DNA from: Eledone cirrhosa
Taxonomy: Eukaryota
Direction: 5' to 3'
Length of the DNA: 64,000 nucleotides
Assembly: GCA_964016885.1 (NCBI GenBank)
Contig: OZ024743.1
Span: 255,564,001-255,628,000 of the forward strand
Positions 38,353 to 51,015 of this stretch are shown here, piece by piece. Each line of letters begins with the position of its first letter. Within the stretch, counting starts at the first letter, position 1. Both the position numbers and the translations under genes were made by a program. The notes beneath the pieces were generated by a model that had not been told where the DNA came from, searched no databases, and saw only the letters and a list, made by a program, of their open reading frames with translations.

Positions 38353-38390
<38 letters not shown>

Positions 38391-38466
38391 TTTAGGATGG
38401 GTTTACAACTTTCTAAATTTATCGGTAGAAATATTTTGAACTTTTTTTATATATATATACATTCTC

Positions 38467-38497
<31 letters not shown>

Positions 38498-38540
38498 AAA
38501 TTAGAATTGGTGCTCTGAAATAGCGATATATATATGAATG

Positions 38541-38849
38541 TATATATAGTATATTTTGCAATACACTGTATGCTTAATTAAAAGCTGGACAGGCAACCGC
38601 TCAGTATAATCAGTTCCTGATTATTACTGGAATTCTATAAGAATCCAACATTCATAATTTTCAGCGGATAGGAGGAGTGCTAGGCTTTGATAAGTAACAA
38701 CAATACGAAACAGAGCTCTGTCAGCTTATCTCCCGTTGTTTGCTGAAAATAGAAGTAAGTGACATAGTCACTAATTTGAAACAATAGCGTAAGGTCTTCA
38801 AAATCCTTTTAATTAAGCATACAGTGTATTGCAAAATACACTATATATA
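38541..38849. mobile_element. 44-bp inverted-repeat-bounded module with a decayed HHR
   Basis: 38541-38584 vs 38806-38849 (1 mismatch). Inside, at 38681-38728: TAGGCT-tTGATaA-GTA acaacaa TAC-GAAA-CAGAGCTCTG-TC-AGCTTA. Confidence 0.7.
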
Positions 38850-39114
38850 CATATATATATATATATTATATATATATATGAGAATAAACGTGCTGCGGAG
38901 TTGCAAATGGGTTACATATGAATAAAGTGGTCCTTCATCAGTGATCTTCCAACCATCATCGGTATTTCTTCGCTTTAAAGACCATATACCTCCGGTTGGT
39001 GCGAGCAACGGCTAAAGAAAGTCGTTAGGACATGTAAATAAAGGGAACAGCGAGAGTGTAAACAAACAAAGATGGTGAAGCAACGAAAAGTGAGGAAGAG
39101 CGAGTCAAGTCCAA

Positions 39115-39548
39115 AAATTTCCCTCAAAATGAAAGGCAGACTATATGATACGTGCATACTAACAGCAATGTTGCATGGTAGTGAGACCTAAGCGTTGTGT
39201 GCAGAAGACATGCGTAGCTTAGAAAGAAACGAAGCTTGCATGCTCTGATGGATGTGTAATAGTAATATACGCGAACGGCGAAGCATAAACGAATTGAGAG
39301 AGAGAGAGAGAGTGAGCATAAGAGGAATCAAATGCCGTGTGCAGTATAGGAAGTTGCGTTGGCATGGACATGTGATGCGTATGAAGGATGACAGCTGTAT
39401 AAAAAGGTGCAGAGAACTAGAGGCCGTGGAGTGGGGGGACCCAAGAAGATCTGGGATGAGATGATAAAAGCTGACCTTACCCAATTGCACCTCTGGCATC
39501 ACGCAGTGATACAGAAGACCCGACTTCCCAAGGGTACAAGACAAATAT
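39115..39548 (+). mobile_element. RTE family A-like C-terminal fragment
   Basis: LKMKGRLYDTCI..MCNSNIRERRSINELRE..WHGHVMRMKDD. Confidence 0.85.
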
Positions 39549-39551
39549 GAA

Positions 39552-40018
39552 GGTGAGGGTGGTGGAGCGGTGGATAGCACGGGCGCGGGTGAGAGCGGTG
39601 TGGACAAGAGAGGGGGGGTAACCTCTGCGGATGAAATGGCTGACAAGGGAAAGGGCCTGGGACTCAAAGTCAGCATCTCGGCTACAGAGGCTGCGGATCC
39701 TGAGGAGTTGGGAGTAGGGAATAGAGTGTTTAGTGTGTGTGGGTGGGAAGAGGTGAAGTCGAGGTAGGAGTGGGAGTCGGTGGGTTTGAAGAAGGCGGAG
39801 GTGACGAGGGAGTGGTGGGAAGGGTCGAAGGCGACGGAGATGTCTAAGAAGTGGACGTGGGTGGTGGAGATAGAGGTGGTGAAGTGGAGGGAGGGGTGGA
39901 AGGAGCAGAAGAAGGAGAGAAAGGAGTCGAGCAGTTCTCGGGTGAAGGTCGTGGCTCCGATACAGTCGTCGATGTAACGACCGTACAGTTCGGGCGTGGG
40001 GCCGGTGTACTGGGCAAA
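39552..40018 (-). mobile_element. Penelope-like RT fragment (Neptune-like motifs)
   Basis: YGRYIDDCIG, FHPSLHFT, FLDISV, FKPTDSHSYLDFTSSHP; then a frameshift into SIPYSQLLRIRSLCS..RRGYP. Confidence 0.85.
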
Positions 40019-40764
40019 GATATATATATATATATATATAAGCAAAACATAAATGGAATACAACACATCAAACGATAGAATATAATGGAAATATATATTG
40101 GTTTAACAATTGATATAGTAGGAAAAGCTTAAGGTTTTAGACGGACGCTAGTCCTTCATTAGAATGAGAAATAAAAGGAGAAATAGAAAGACAGATATGG
40201 AAACGAAAATTAGGGGAGAAAATATATTTATATGTTCAGTCAGTTATTATATGTGTGTACATATATATATATATATATGTATGTACGTGTATATATATTT
40301 GTGTGTGTGTGTATTTGCTAATGTTTGCATATATATAGATATAGATAGATAGAACGATAATGTATATAAAATAGATATATAGATAGACATACAGATAATA
40401 TTCTATTACCAACGACGTTGCTTGTACAATTGACACCAGAATGTATCTAATTCTGATCTACATCCAACTACATTTCAATATATTCTAAGATACTGTGATG
40501 TTGTGAATATCGTAATAAATAAATACACAAATTATTATTATTATTATTATTATTATTACTACTAATAATAATAATACTACTATAGGTTAATTTATCTAAA
40601 AGTGCAGACAATTTATCACTTTTTCCCCTTTATAGCAATAACTCATCTCATATATGTGTGTAAATATGTATGCATGTACACACATATATATATATATATA
40701 TATATACACACGCGCACGCACACATATATATGTTTATATATATATAATCATCACTATGTGGACT

Positions 40765-40945
40765 GGCAGTATCGGCAGAAGGTCGGACACCATGCTTTGA
40801 CGCATAGAGTTACGGCCCTTACTATTCTGAGTTCAAATCCTGCCGAGGTTAACTTTGCCTTTCATCCTTACAGGGTCGATAAAATAAAGTACCAGTAATA
40901 CACTGGGATAATTGCTGGCCTTGTGCCAAAAAGTAGAAACAATTA
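40765..40945 (+). mobile_element. Meta-type tRNA SINE
   Basis: Same unit as 36353-36527. Confidence 0.85.
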
Positions 40946-41101
40946 TCATCATTTAACAGCCATTCTCTCTCTGCTTGCAAGTCTTGAGCAGGACATCACT
41001 GAGCAAGCAGCTCAGTACTTAATCTGTGCTACTAACCTCTCAGGTGTGCTGTGATCTGCATCTCACACATACATATATGTATAAGTTTATTTGTGGATGT
41101 A

Positions 41102-41133
<32 letters not shown>

Positions 41134-41171
41134 ATATATAAGAACAAAAGATGGTTAAAAGAGTTCCATGT

Positions 41172-41240
41172 ATTTTATTATGCGCATTTCAAAAACAAAT
41201 ATCATCATGCAATAATATTTGTGTTTTCATCAGATAAAAC
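41172..41240 (-). ncRNA. Type I hammerhead ribozyme motif, intact core
   Basis: Minus strand: GTTTTAT-CTGATGA-AAAcACAAATATT..GATATTTGTtTTT-GAAA-TGCGCA-TA^ATAAAAT; palindromic ATGCGCAT stem III. Confidence 0.8.
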
Positions 41241-41636
41241 AGGAAGACATGATATGAAGGTTAAAAAACACTTGTGGATAGTTCAGTTTTAAATCAACAT
41301 ATGAGAAGTAGTTTTAGATTGATGTGTGATATTGGGAAAAATATTTTATTTAGAGGGGGGGGGGGATAAAAAAGAGGAGGAGATGAGAGTAAAAAGTGGA
41401 GAGGGAGGAATATAATGAGGAAGGATGAGATAGGAGGAGAGATGGGTGATAGAGAGAGAGAGATAGCTTTTATAACAGAGAAAGATATATTGTGAAGTGC
41501 ACATAATAAAATACATGGAACTCTTTTAACCATCTTTTGTTCTTATATATTATGTATACTCCAGTCCTACAAACTGTAGAGTGCTTCTTATCCGACATCT
41601 ACATTGCTTTATTGTACTACAATAAAACTCACCTCC

Positions 41637-41667
<31 letters not shown>

Positions 41668-41798
41668 TGATAAATATGCTGGGTCCATCAACCCTTATTA
41701 TATATATATATATATATATATATACGTAGGTCCCGGGTTGAGTCGGGGATAACCACAGTAAGTAAGGTACTCAATACATGGCAGAGTAAATTTTTTTA

Positions 41799-41914
41799 TT
41801 TTATAGAAGGAGCTTCTACAGGACTAGTACTGTTTCATTCAGATGAAATCTTCAGCAGCTTCCTGAAGATTTCATCTGAATGAAACAGTACTAGTCCTGT
41901 AGAAGCTCCTTCTA

Positions 41915-41919
<5 letters not shown>
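41799..41919. repeat. Perfect 57-bp-arm palindrome containing an HHR
   Basis: 41799-41855 is the reverse complement of 41863-41919; 7-nt loop CAGCTTC. Confidence 0.95.
41857..41907 (+). ncRNA. Type I hammerhead ribozyme motif
   Basis: AGCTTC-CTGAAGA-t TTCA tc TGAA t-GAAA-CAG tactagtc CTG-TA^GAAGCT. Confidence 0.7.
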
Positions 41920-42005
<86 letters not shown>

Positions 42006-42849
42006 CAGGCCAACATATATACATATATATGTACATAAATACATATGCGAGAGTGTGTATATATATATATATATATACATATTCGTAAATACATATATAT
42101 GTACATAGACATGTATGTATGTATATATATATATGTATATATACATGTGTGTATATATATATTTGTATATGTCGATATATATATTTTTTTAATGTGTATT
42201 TATGTATATATATATATATATAAACATATAGACACAGATAGATAGAGAGAGGGAGGTGAAATAGTGTAATAATCAACAGGTTTTCCTTTTTCACTCTAAA
42301 TTGCTTCTATCAAAAATATACATGACAAAGATTGCCATTATTAACTGAAAACAATTATCACTGCTAAATGGAATTTATCATAAATATATTTAAACACACT
42401 GCAAATAATAACTACTCCAACAATAACAATAATAGCTATAACAACAACAACCAGAGCAACTACATTATCTACCACAACATCTACAACAACAAGAACAATA
42501 ACAACTAGTACTACAAAATCAACCATAACATCAACAATTACATAAATAAAACTACAACTAAAATAACAATTATTACAAGAATCCAACCAACAACTACTTC
42601 TACAACTACTGAAACAAATACTACAACTACAAAAACAATAAGAACAAAAGAACTATGTTAGTTGAAGTATTGTTGCGTAGTTAATAATATTCATCATTCA
42701 AATTGGGACATTTATTGCATTTTACACCGAAGTCTTAACGAAAGAAGCTGTCTGAATTATCCAGCAGTGTTGATTAAATATAGATGTTGGTGTGTGTTTG
42801 TGCTCTATGTACATAAATTTGTATGTATGTGTATGTATATTTACACACG

Positions 42850-42880
<31 letters not shown>

Positions 42881-43820
42881 GGATTTATATATGATTTGTG
42901 TATATATATGTTACAATATAAATATGTATATATATATATATTATGATATATATATATTGAGATATGTGTATATTTATATGTATATATAATTATATATTCA
43001 AATATATTCATATATAGATACACACATACTTATATATAAATAAACTTTCATTATTGACAATTGAGAAATTACATATAAATATGTTTTTCTATATCTCTGT
43101 AAATTGTATTGCTTTGTTATAAAAATGGTATATACCTTAATATATATATATATATATTTTCAAATTATATTTGTCATGATTTATATCTCATTAAGCTTTC
43201 TAGTAACTAAATATTTATACACACATTTACATATATGTGCACATACATATACATATATATGTACATATATATATATATATTTACATACATATAAATACAT
43301 ACACATGTAAATAGGTGTACGTGCAAATGTTGTATTGCTATATAAATGTGTGTGTATGTTAATTATAGATAAATTTCCCATAACTCTATTTCAATATATA
43401 TATGTATATATACTAGTTATAAAAAGATGTTATAATGCAGTTAAATTTTTATGTTAACTACCACCTGAAATAATTTCAATATTGAAATATGTGAAATTGA
43501 AAAAAACTTAACAGCATTAATGATAATAATAAGAAGAAGAAAAATAAAATAAGAACTAAATTAAATTATATTAATTTCAAACTTAAACGAACTCAATGAA
43601 ATTCTACTGGTTTTCCCATATTTCTAATATCCCTGTAGAATATTAATAACTTTTGATAAAGTTGCGATATATATTTTGTGACAATTTCTCATTTCAAGCA
43701 CAGATTTATGAGATTTTATTATCTCTAGCAGATGAATATACTTATATTTTATGCTATATATCATAATATTGATTTCCTATACAGCATAACCACAAGGCTG
43801 ATAAATTTGAAGCTGGAGTA

Positions 43821-44055
43821 TAGGCTAGCAGAAGTGGAGAAACTAGTGCAAATATGCCCTAAGTGGCATGCAGTAACAATATATTATAGGCCAGTAAGAG
43901 TAAAAAAGCTAGGGTACATGTGTTCTGGGTGGCATGCAGTTAACAATTTATCATAGGCCAGCAGGAATAAAGAAACTAGGATATATATACACTAGGTAGC
44001 ATGCAGTGTTAATTTATTGTAGGCCAGCAGGAATAGAGAAACTAGTGGCATGCTG
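43821..44055. repeat. Degenerate ~66-bp tandem repeat (3.5 units)
   Basis: TAGGCYAG..AAACTAG..GGCATGCAGT units start at 43821, 43887, 43954 and 44020. Confidence 0.8.
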
Positions 44056-44459
44056 AAATATATTTTTTATATGGGAAAATATACTCAGATTTAACATCTG
44101 GGTATTTACTGCTTTAGAATAGCTTTATAATGTGCACCTTCTCCCAAATAAAGTAATTTGAACTTACTCTTTTTGATACTGTTAAAGGCACTAATACAAT
44201 TATTACACCTACATTCTCTTCTACCCAGTCTTGATTTAGGTGTTAAATATTAAATAATTCAATCAACATGTAGACTTATCTCTGTGACTTATCTATCAGA
44301 ATATATGGTAAGTTTTGGTGAGTCATTTTATCTTAAAAAATTAATTTGTCAACCTTAAATTTTTCAGCCGTTAACTCAAGAGTGGATATGAGTGGGCACA
44401 GTAATGTACCACTTCAATAGATAAAATTCATATTAAATAAGTATGTTACTAAATAAAAA

Positions 44460-44855
44460 TGACCATCTGTTGGTCAAGGTTCTTTTAATGTTTATTACTT
44501 TGACCTTTCTGTTACTTGTATTGTCTATTGTTAATATTGTGAGATTATAGACTCTGGACAGTGACCATATGGTGGTCAAGGTAGTGACGTGTATTTATTT
44601 GATCTTACAATTTACTGGTATTGTCACTGGTTAGCATTGTAACATTAAAGACTATAAACTGTGACCATCTGGTGGTCAAGATAATAATGTCTTACTTTGA
44701 TGTCTGAGTTTACTGGTATTGCATATATTTAACATTCTGATCAAAAACTCTAAACATTGACCATCTGGAGGTCAAGGTTTTAATATATATATATTACTTT
44801 CATCCGAGGTTTTATTGGTATTGTTTATTATCAATGTCATCACAGACTCAAAACA
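44460..44855. repeat. Degenerate ~100-bp tandem repeat (4 units)
   Basis: TGACCATCTGGTGGTCAAG-type head at 44460, 44562, 44662 and 44758; the remainder of each unit is homologous but diverged. Confidence 0.85.
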
Positions 44856-46116
44856 GACTTCTTTATGTTTGATTCTATTCATACATAATGTAATTTGTAA
44901 AATAAAAATATGATAATAAAAATGATGATGCTCAGCTCAAAAATTCCCATGAGTATGTCAGAGAGGTTTCTCTAGAGGATTCTTGCCAATGTTCACAGTT
45001 CACACTCTTCAAAAATATTTGCGACCCTCCTTTATAGGATTATATTAATCTTGATTTTGTGGAGCATCGAATGATGAAAAGCAAAGTTGATATCAACTTG
45101 AGTTGAATGTAGTAACAAATTGTAGCTACATATCACAATGTATTCAGTCGAACATTAACAATCATCCTTATCTACATCTATTATTGAATTTTAACAAAGA
45201 CATAAAGCTAGAAATCTAGTTCAAGAGAACAGTTGATTATATCGTCCCCAGTATTTGACTGGTACATTATTTTACTGACTTCAAAAAGATTAAATGTAAA
45301 GTAGAGCTTAGCAAGACTTGAACACAGAACAAACAGATATAGATATAGAATTATAACCATATTACTTCAGAATGTCTGTCATATGTGTATCATTTCTGAC
45401 CTCGCAAGTACATTTGCACACACATAAAAAACAGATATATATATATATTTCTTCTATCAAATAGAATTAGTCAATAAGTGTTGTCAGCAAAAAGAAAAGA
45501 ATCACCATAGATATGATTGCCAAAAAAATCAAATTAACAGAGTATTTGCATAGATTTCTCTGATAATGTACCTGGCTGTATTGAAATTAATATATACATA
45601 TATACACACAGCAGGATGTGATATACACCAGGAAAAGACGTAATGTACTAGACAAATACACAGTAATTTTAGCAAGCCATTTTAGATTTAGCAGTACTAA
45701 AGGAATTACTCGGAAATGATCACTATGACACAAAATAATTATTTCTGATAAACTGGTGTGTAGGAAGTGAAGACTTATGTATACATTGTTGATATATATG
45801 TATGTATGCATGCATGTATATAAATATATATATATATATATATATACACATACATAAGTATACATGTGTGTATATATAAGTATATATATACATATATATA
45901 TATTATTACACCTACATTCTCTTCTGCCCAGTCCATACTCACATATATATATATAAACACACATATGTATATATATGTGCGCATATATATATAATATATA
46001 TATATATAAACACATATCAAAGCAATATTCAGAGACAGTACTAATGTCCATTGATATAAAAAGACATTAGATTTTTTTATTTTCATCTATTTATTTAGAT
46101 TGAAGTATCTCACTTC

Positions 46117-46437
<321 letters not shown>

Positions 46438-46951
46438 AATTTCTGTTTCTTGCCTTTCTATGTCTCTTACAAGTTCTCTCTCTTCTACTCCTCTTTCTCC
46501 CTCCTTTCTTTATCTCTATTTTCCCCTCTATATCTAACTCCGATCATTTCTCCTTCATTATGTTTCCCTTCTCTATCAGTTCCAGCCATCTACCTCAACA
46601 TTCCCACCCTTGTCTTTCTTTTCTAATCACCATTTCAATTTTTATATATTTTTGTTATTTAATTTATTTTTGTTTTAATTTTCTTTTTTTTTATTTATTT
46701 CATTCGTTTATTTATTTTCTCTTTTTGTTGTTTTGATTTTCATTAAATAAATCAAATTATATTATTTTCATTTAATTTTCCATTTTTTGTTTTGTTGTTA
46801 TGTTTTTGTTGTAGTGGGTGATGTGGTATGGGGTGGGGTAAACATTTATAGCCCCTTCCTCTGCCCATGCCTCCACCTTTCTAAAATATTGTTTTACTTG
46901 GAGGCTGGTAGTAGAAGGTATATTTCACTTTAGAGATTGTTATCAAAGGCA

Positions 46952-47035
<84 letters not shown>

Positions 47036-47036
47036 A
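46952..47036. repeat. (ACT)n(GCT)n microsatellite
   Basis: Direct inspection. Confidence 0.95.
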
Positions 47037-47659
47037 CAGCACCTTTATATTGTCTATTATTTGTTTTGTCTCACATGCATTGCACCAACAGAGCAGGTTC
47101 CAATCTGTTGTGCCAACTGGAATTACAAGTGCAGTACCACCTTAATGCACAAAATTGTACTGCCAGCAAGGTGGCTGATGAGGTATTGATGCATTTGTCT
47201 GTTTTTATGCATTTTCTTATATATAATAATAATAATGATTAAGTGTATTAGTAAACTAATGACAACAAAGAATAGAATTTTCACTTTTCTCAACTTTCTT
47301 TATCTTTTCAAGTTCATGTGTGTGCGTTGATTTTCTCTCTCTCTCACTTACTGCCTCCGTCTCATTTGCCCTCCCCATCTCTCAATGTTATATACAAATG
47401 GGATACCATGTGCTGGCCATCCTGTGGTCCTGGCAGACAGAATAGAGAAGGCCTTTTCCTGGAGGATTGTGAGGGAGATGTATTGGAAGAGCCATTTCAG
47501 CTCGTGAGGCTCACACCTTAGGGTAGCCAACTACATGCCGGTGGTGGTGAGTAGGGAGGTTGTCCCAGGGTCAAGGACACCAAAAGTGTCCACTGCTAAT
47601 TATTATTATATCTTATGCATCACCTTTAGGTGAGACAGCAAGCACAACTTTATTCCAAT

Positions 47660-48090
47660 AGGCTCAGTTTCCCATAAAGGTTTGTACGTCTTCCTCGTCA
47701 ATTCCAGAGTCTCTTGTTAAGGTATCCTGGTCTCTAAGCTTTCTTGTAGAGGAGATCTTCCACAACAAAAGGTCTGAAACCATCTCATCTTTTGCAGAAG
47801 CTCTGACCAGGAAATCTTGTTCAACTTTCAATCAACCATTCACTTGCAACTGGACTTTTTCTGTATATCTGATTAAGCATGGGATGCATCTGCCAAATAA
47901 TATTTTGAGCCTTTCACAGAAGGGTAGTGCAACATCCATCTAAACAACTCTGTAGATGGGAGTGCAATATCCAAGCCTCAGAACCATAGAGAAGGATAGG
48001 CTCTACTGTTGTTCTAAACAAACTGATTTTAATTTTGTTTGGTATATTGGATTTCCGAATTTTATTCAGCTTATGAAATGCATTTTAAGC
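47660..48090 (-). mobile_element. Degenerate RTE-X C-terminal fragment
   Basis: Minus strand: KSNIPNKIKISLFRTTVEPILLYGSEAW..LDGCCTTLL*KAQNIIWQMH. Confidence 0.7.
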
Positions 48091-48586
48091 CAAGGCTTTA
48101 AATATTTTATGAAAATAATAATATTACTCATAGGCATGTATATGAAGCATATACAATAAGTTTAAGTATAATAGTATAATAAACATACACCAGTCTTACT
48201 ATGAATATCTTAAGCTGTAATCATGTCACAGCTGTCTCTGTATAAGATAGCTGGGACATGATGACAGCATAAAATATCGATAGTAAAATATGTGAGTTTA
48301 TTATACATAAAAATATTTTATGTATTCATTTAAACCTCTATTATAAACCACACTATATTAGTGTTACTGCTAATTAATCCTGGTAAACTTAACATTGTTT
48401 TCAAATGAGCATCACCAGCTGATGTTTCATATAGAAAAAAGATAAACTACAAGCTTATTAATGTCTCATTAGTGAGTGAGTAAATGTCACCGATGAATGG
48501 ATAAAAATCAGAAACACATGTCTTATATACTTATATTTCTTCATATACACCCCTATTATTAATGACATTAATTTGGTGCTACTGAT

Positions 48587-50575
48587 AATCATCATCATCA
48601 TCGTTTAACGTCCATCTTCCACGCTTGCATGGGTTTGGACGGGAATTTTCCCACTTGAGGCAAGATGGGTTGTCTTGCTTGTAGAGGACTGTCTGGGGGG
48701 GTTTTCTACGGCTGGATGCCCTTCCTAACACCAACCACGTTTACAGTGTGGACTGGGAGGTTTTTACCGTGTTACCTACACGGCCACATTACAGCGTGGA
48801 CTGTGTTTTTTTGTTGTGGCACCTACACGACCTCATTTATTTCGGAGTGGATGTTGTGGTACCAACATAACTTTACATCGAAAGGGGTGGTGTGGATGAG
48901 GTGGGGGTAGTGGGACGGGGGTGTATTTTTGTTAGAGGTGCCTACTGACTGTAGGTTTCGCTTTGCACTTAGGCAAGGTGGGTCTTCTGTATTACTGTGT
49001 ACCGCCAAAGATCTCGGTTCAGTGACATTGTCTTGGAGAGGTGTAAGTGTGTGAGGTCGGAATTTAGCAAGTCGTCCCAGGTTTTTCTGGGTCTCAATAC
49101 TCCATGGCTACCGTCTATTTTTATCGCCCTGCACATTTTTATACAGCTGTCGTCTTTCATGCGCATCACGTGACCATACCAACATAGTCTTCTCTCGAGT
49201 AAACAACATCTGATCCCTCTTATTCCTAATTTCTCCCTTAGTTCGTTTATGCTTTTCCGTTCACGTACATTACTATTACACATCCAGCGGAGCATGCAAG
49301 CTTCGTTCTTCTCCAGTCTGCGTATATCCTCTGCACACAATGCCCAGTTCTCACTGCCATGTAACATTGCTGTTCGTATGCAGGCATCATACAGCCTGCC
49401 TTTCATTTTTAGAGAGAACCCTTTAGCGGCCAATAGTGGTATAAGCTCTCTGAACTTTTTCATTCCCGTTCTGACTCTAGCTACTGTACTTTCAGAGCAC
49501 CCTCTTCCACTGCTGATTTTGTCACCCAGGTAACGGAAGGTGTCCTCTATTTCTATAGAACCATCTGTACAATGGAATGAGCTAGTATTCTGTGGGCACT
49601 TGCTGCTATATATTGCACCTGAGCACCAGCCACATATAAAATCTATATTCTTAGTTAGCTTACCTGTGATCCCACTACATCTTTTATGCACCCATACATT
49701 GCATTTTGGACATAAAATGGAGTTTCTGCCTACTCTTTTCCTACACACTGAGCATGGCCATTTACCAGATGGGACCGGTGCCCTATTTTCCTTCCTACAA
49801 ACTAGAACTTTAGTCTTAAACATCTATCTAGGGCATCTCCTTTACCCTTGTAGCAGTTAATGATGATGCTGCTACGCCAGTCCTTCGGAACGACCCCATT
49901 CTGTATGACTTGTTTTACTATCCGGGTGACCATAGTGTGTCCCACCATTCCAGATGCTTTCAGCATTTCAGCAACTACATTTGAAGGCCCAGCCGCCTTA
50001 CCCGTCTTCTTATCTTTGATTGCCTTACTTATTATACTACCTTCGACTAACACTGCTGGTCCCTCTATTGGATCGATCTGGGGGAGACTGTCTTTCTCCC
50101 ATTTATTCTCCTCATTTAGTAGCTTTTCGTAGTGACACTTCCAAGCTACCTTCTTATCAGTGTCAGTGATGGCAAGTACACCATCATCATTAAGGACACA
50201 CTTCTCCCCGACAATATCATGGTCTTCCTTGAGACATTGCCTAGCAATCCTGAACACCTCACATTTTTGGTCCTCGCGTTGTAGAACATGCTTGAACTTT
50301 CTATCCTCTGCTTCCCTTCTTGTGAAGTACACCTGTCTCCTAGCTTCCCTCCTGGCCACTTGATAGTCTTCTCTACTTCCCCCCCCCCATCCTGCCATAC
50401 TTTCCAAGCCTGCTTTTTGGCCTTGATTGACTCCTCCACCTTACTGTTTCACCACCACGTTACTCTCCTCCTGCCTATAGGTCTGCTCCATCCACAGACT
50501 TCATCTGCCGCTTTCAGCAGGTTAGCTTTCAGGAATTCCCACTGTTCCTCTATATTGTACAACTCTAATTGCTCT
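48587..50575 (-). mobile_element. RTE LINE family B, 5'-truncated with internal RT deletion
   Basis: ORFs 49802-50407 and 48969-49823 are homologous to family A; (GAT)n tail at about 48590. Confidence 0.92.
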
Positions 50576-50624
50576 TATAATATATATCTCTTATAATATA
50601 TATATATGTATATGTATATATAAT

Positions 50625-50965
50625 GAAGGTGCATGGCTTAGTGGTTAGAGCATTGGGCTTGCAATCGAAAGGTTGTGATTTCAATTCTCAGACACTTTAT
50701 TACACATTGCTCCAGTTTACTGAGCTGTAGAAATGAGATCAATCCACTGCAAAGTGGTCGTGGAGGTGCCACTGCAAAAAGGCACCTAGCGCAATCTGTA
50801 AAGTGGACATGTAGGCGCCACAGAAAAAAAAGCACCCAGCACTCACTGTAAATGAGGTTGGTGTTAGGAAGGACATCCAGCTGTAGAAATCAAGCCAGAA
50901 TCAGTTCCCGTCCCACCCTTGCAAGCAGGGAAAAACGGATGTAAAATAATGATGATGAAATGGTG

Positions 50966-50967
<2 letters not shown>
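50625..50967 (+). mobile_element. CORE-type tRNA SINE with RTE tail (internal deletion in CORE)
   Basis: Colinear with 11147-11501. Confidence 0.8.
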
Positions 50968-50996
<29 letters not shown>

Positions 50997-51015
50997 CACA
51001 CATATATATATATGT

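Noticed and set aside
38270-38354. HDV-like ribozyme on the minus strand (GTGGCTG/CGGCCAC and ACTCGTT/AACGAGT pairings)
   Set aside because: Too few bases between P2 and the 3' strand of P1 to form P3/L3, and no clear catalytic junction.
38900-38946. CTGATGAAGG on the minus strand as another HHR
   Set aside because: No GAAA or stem I partner follows; at best a truncated 5' half.
44460-44855. CRISPR-like repeat-spacer pattern
   Set aside because: The spacers are homologous to each other, the context is eukaryotic, and there are no cas genes.
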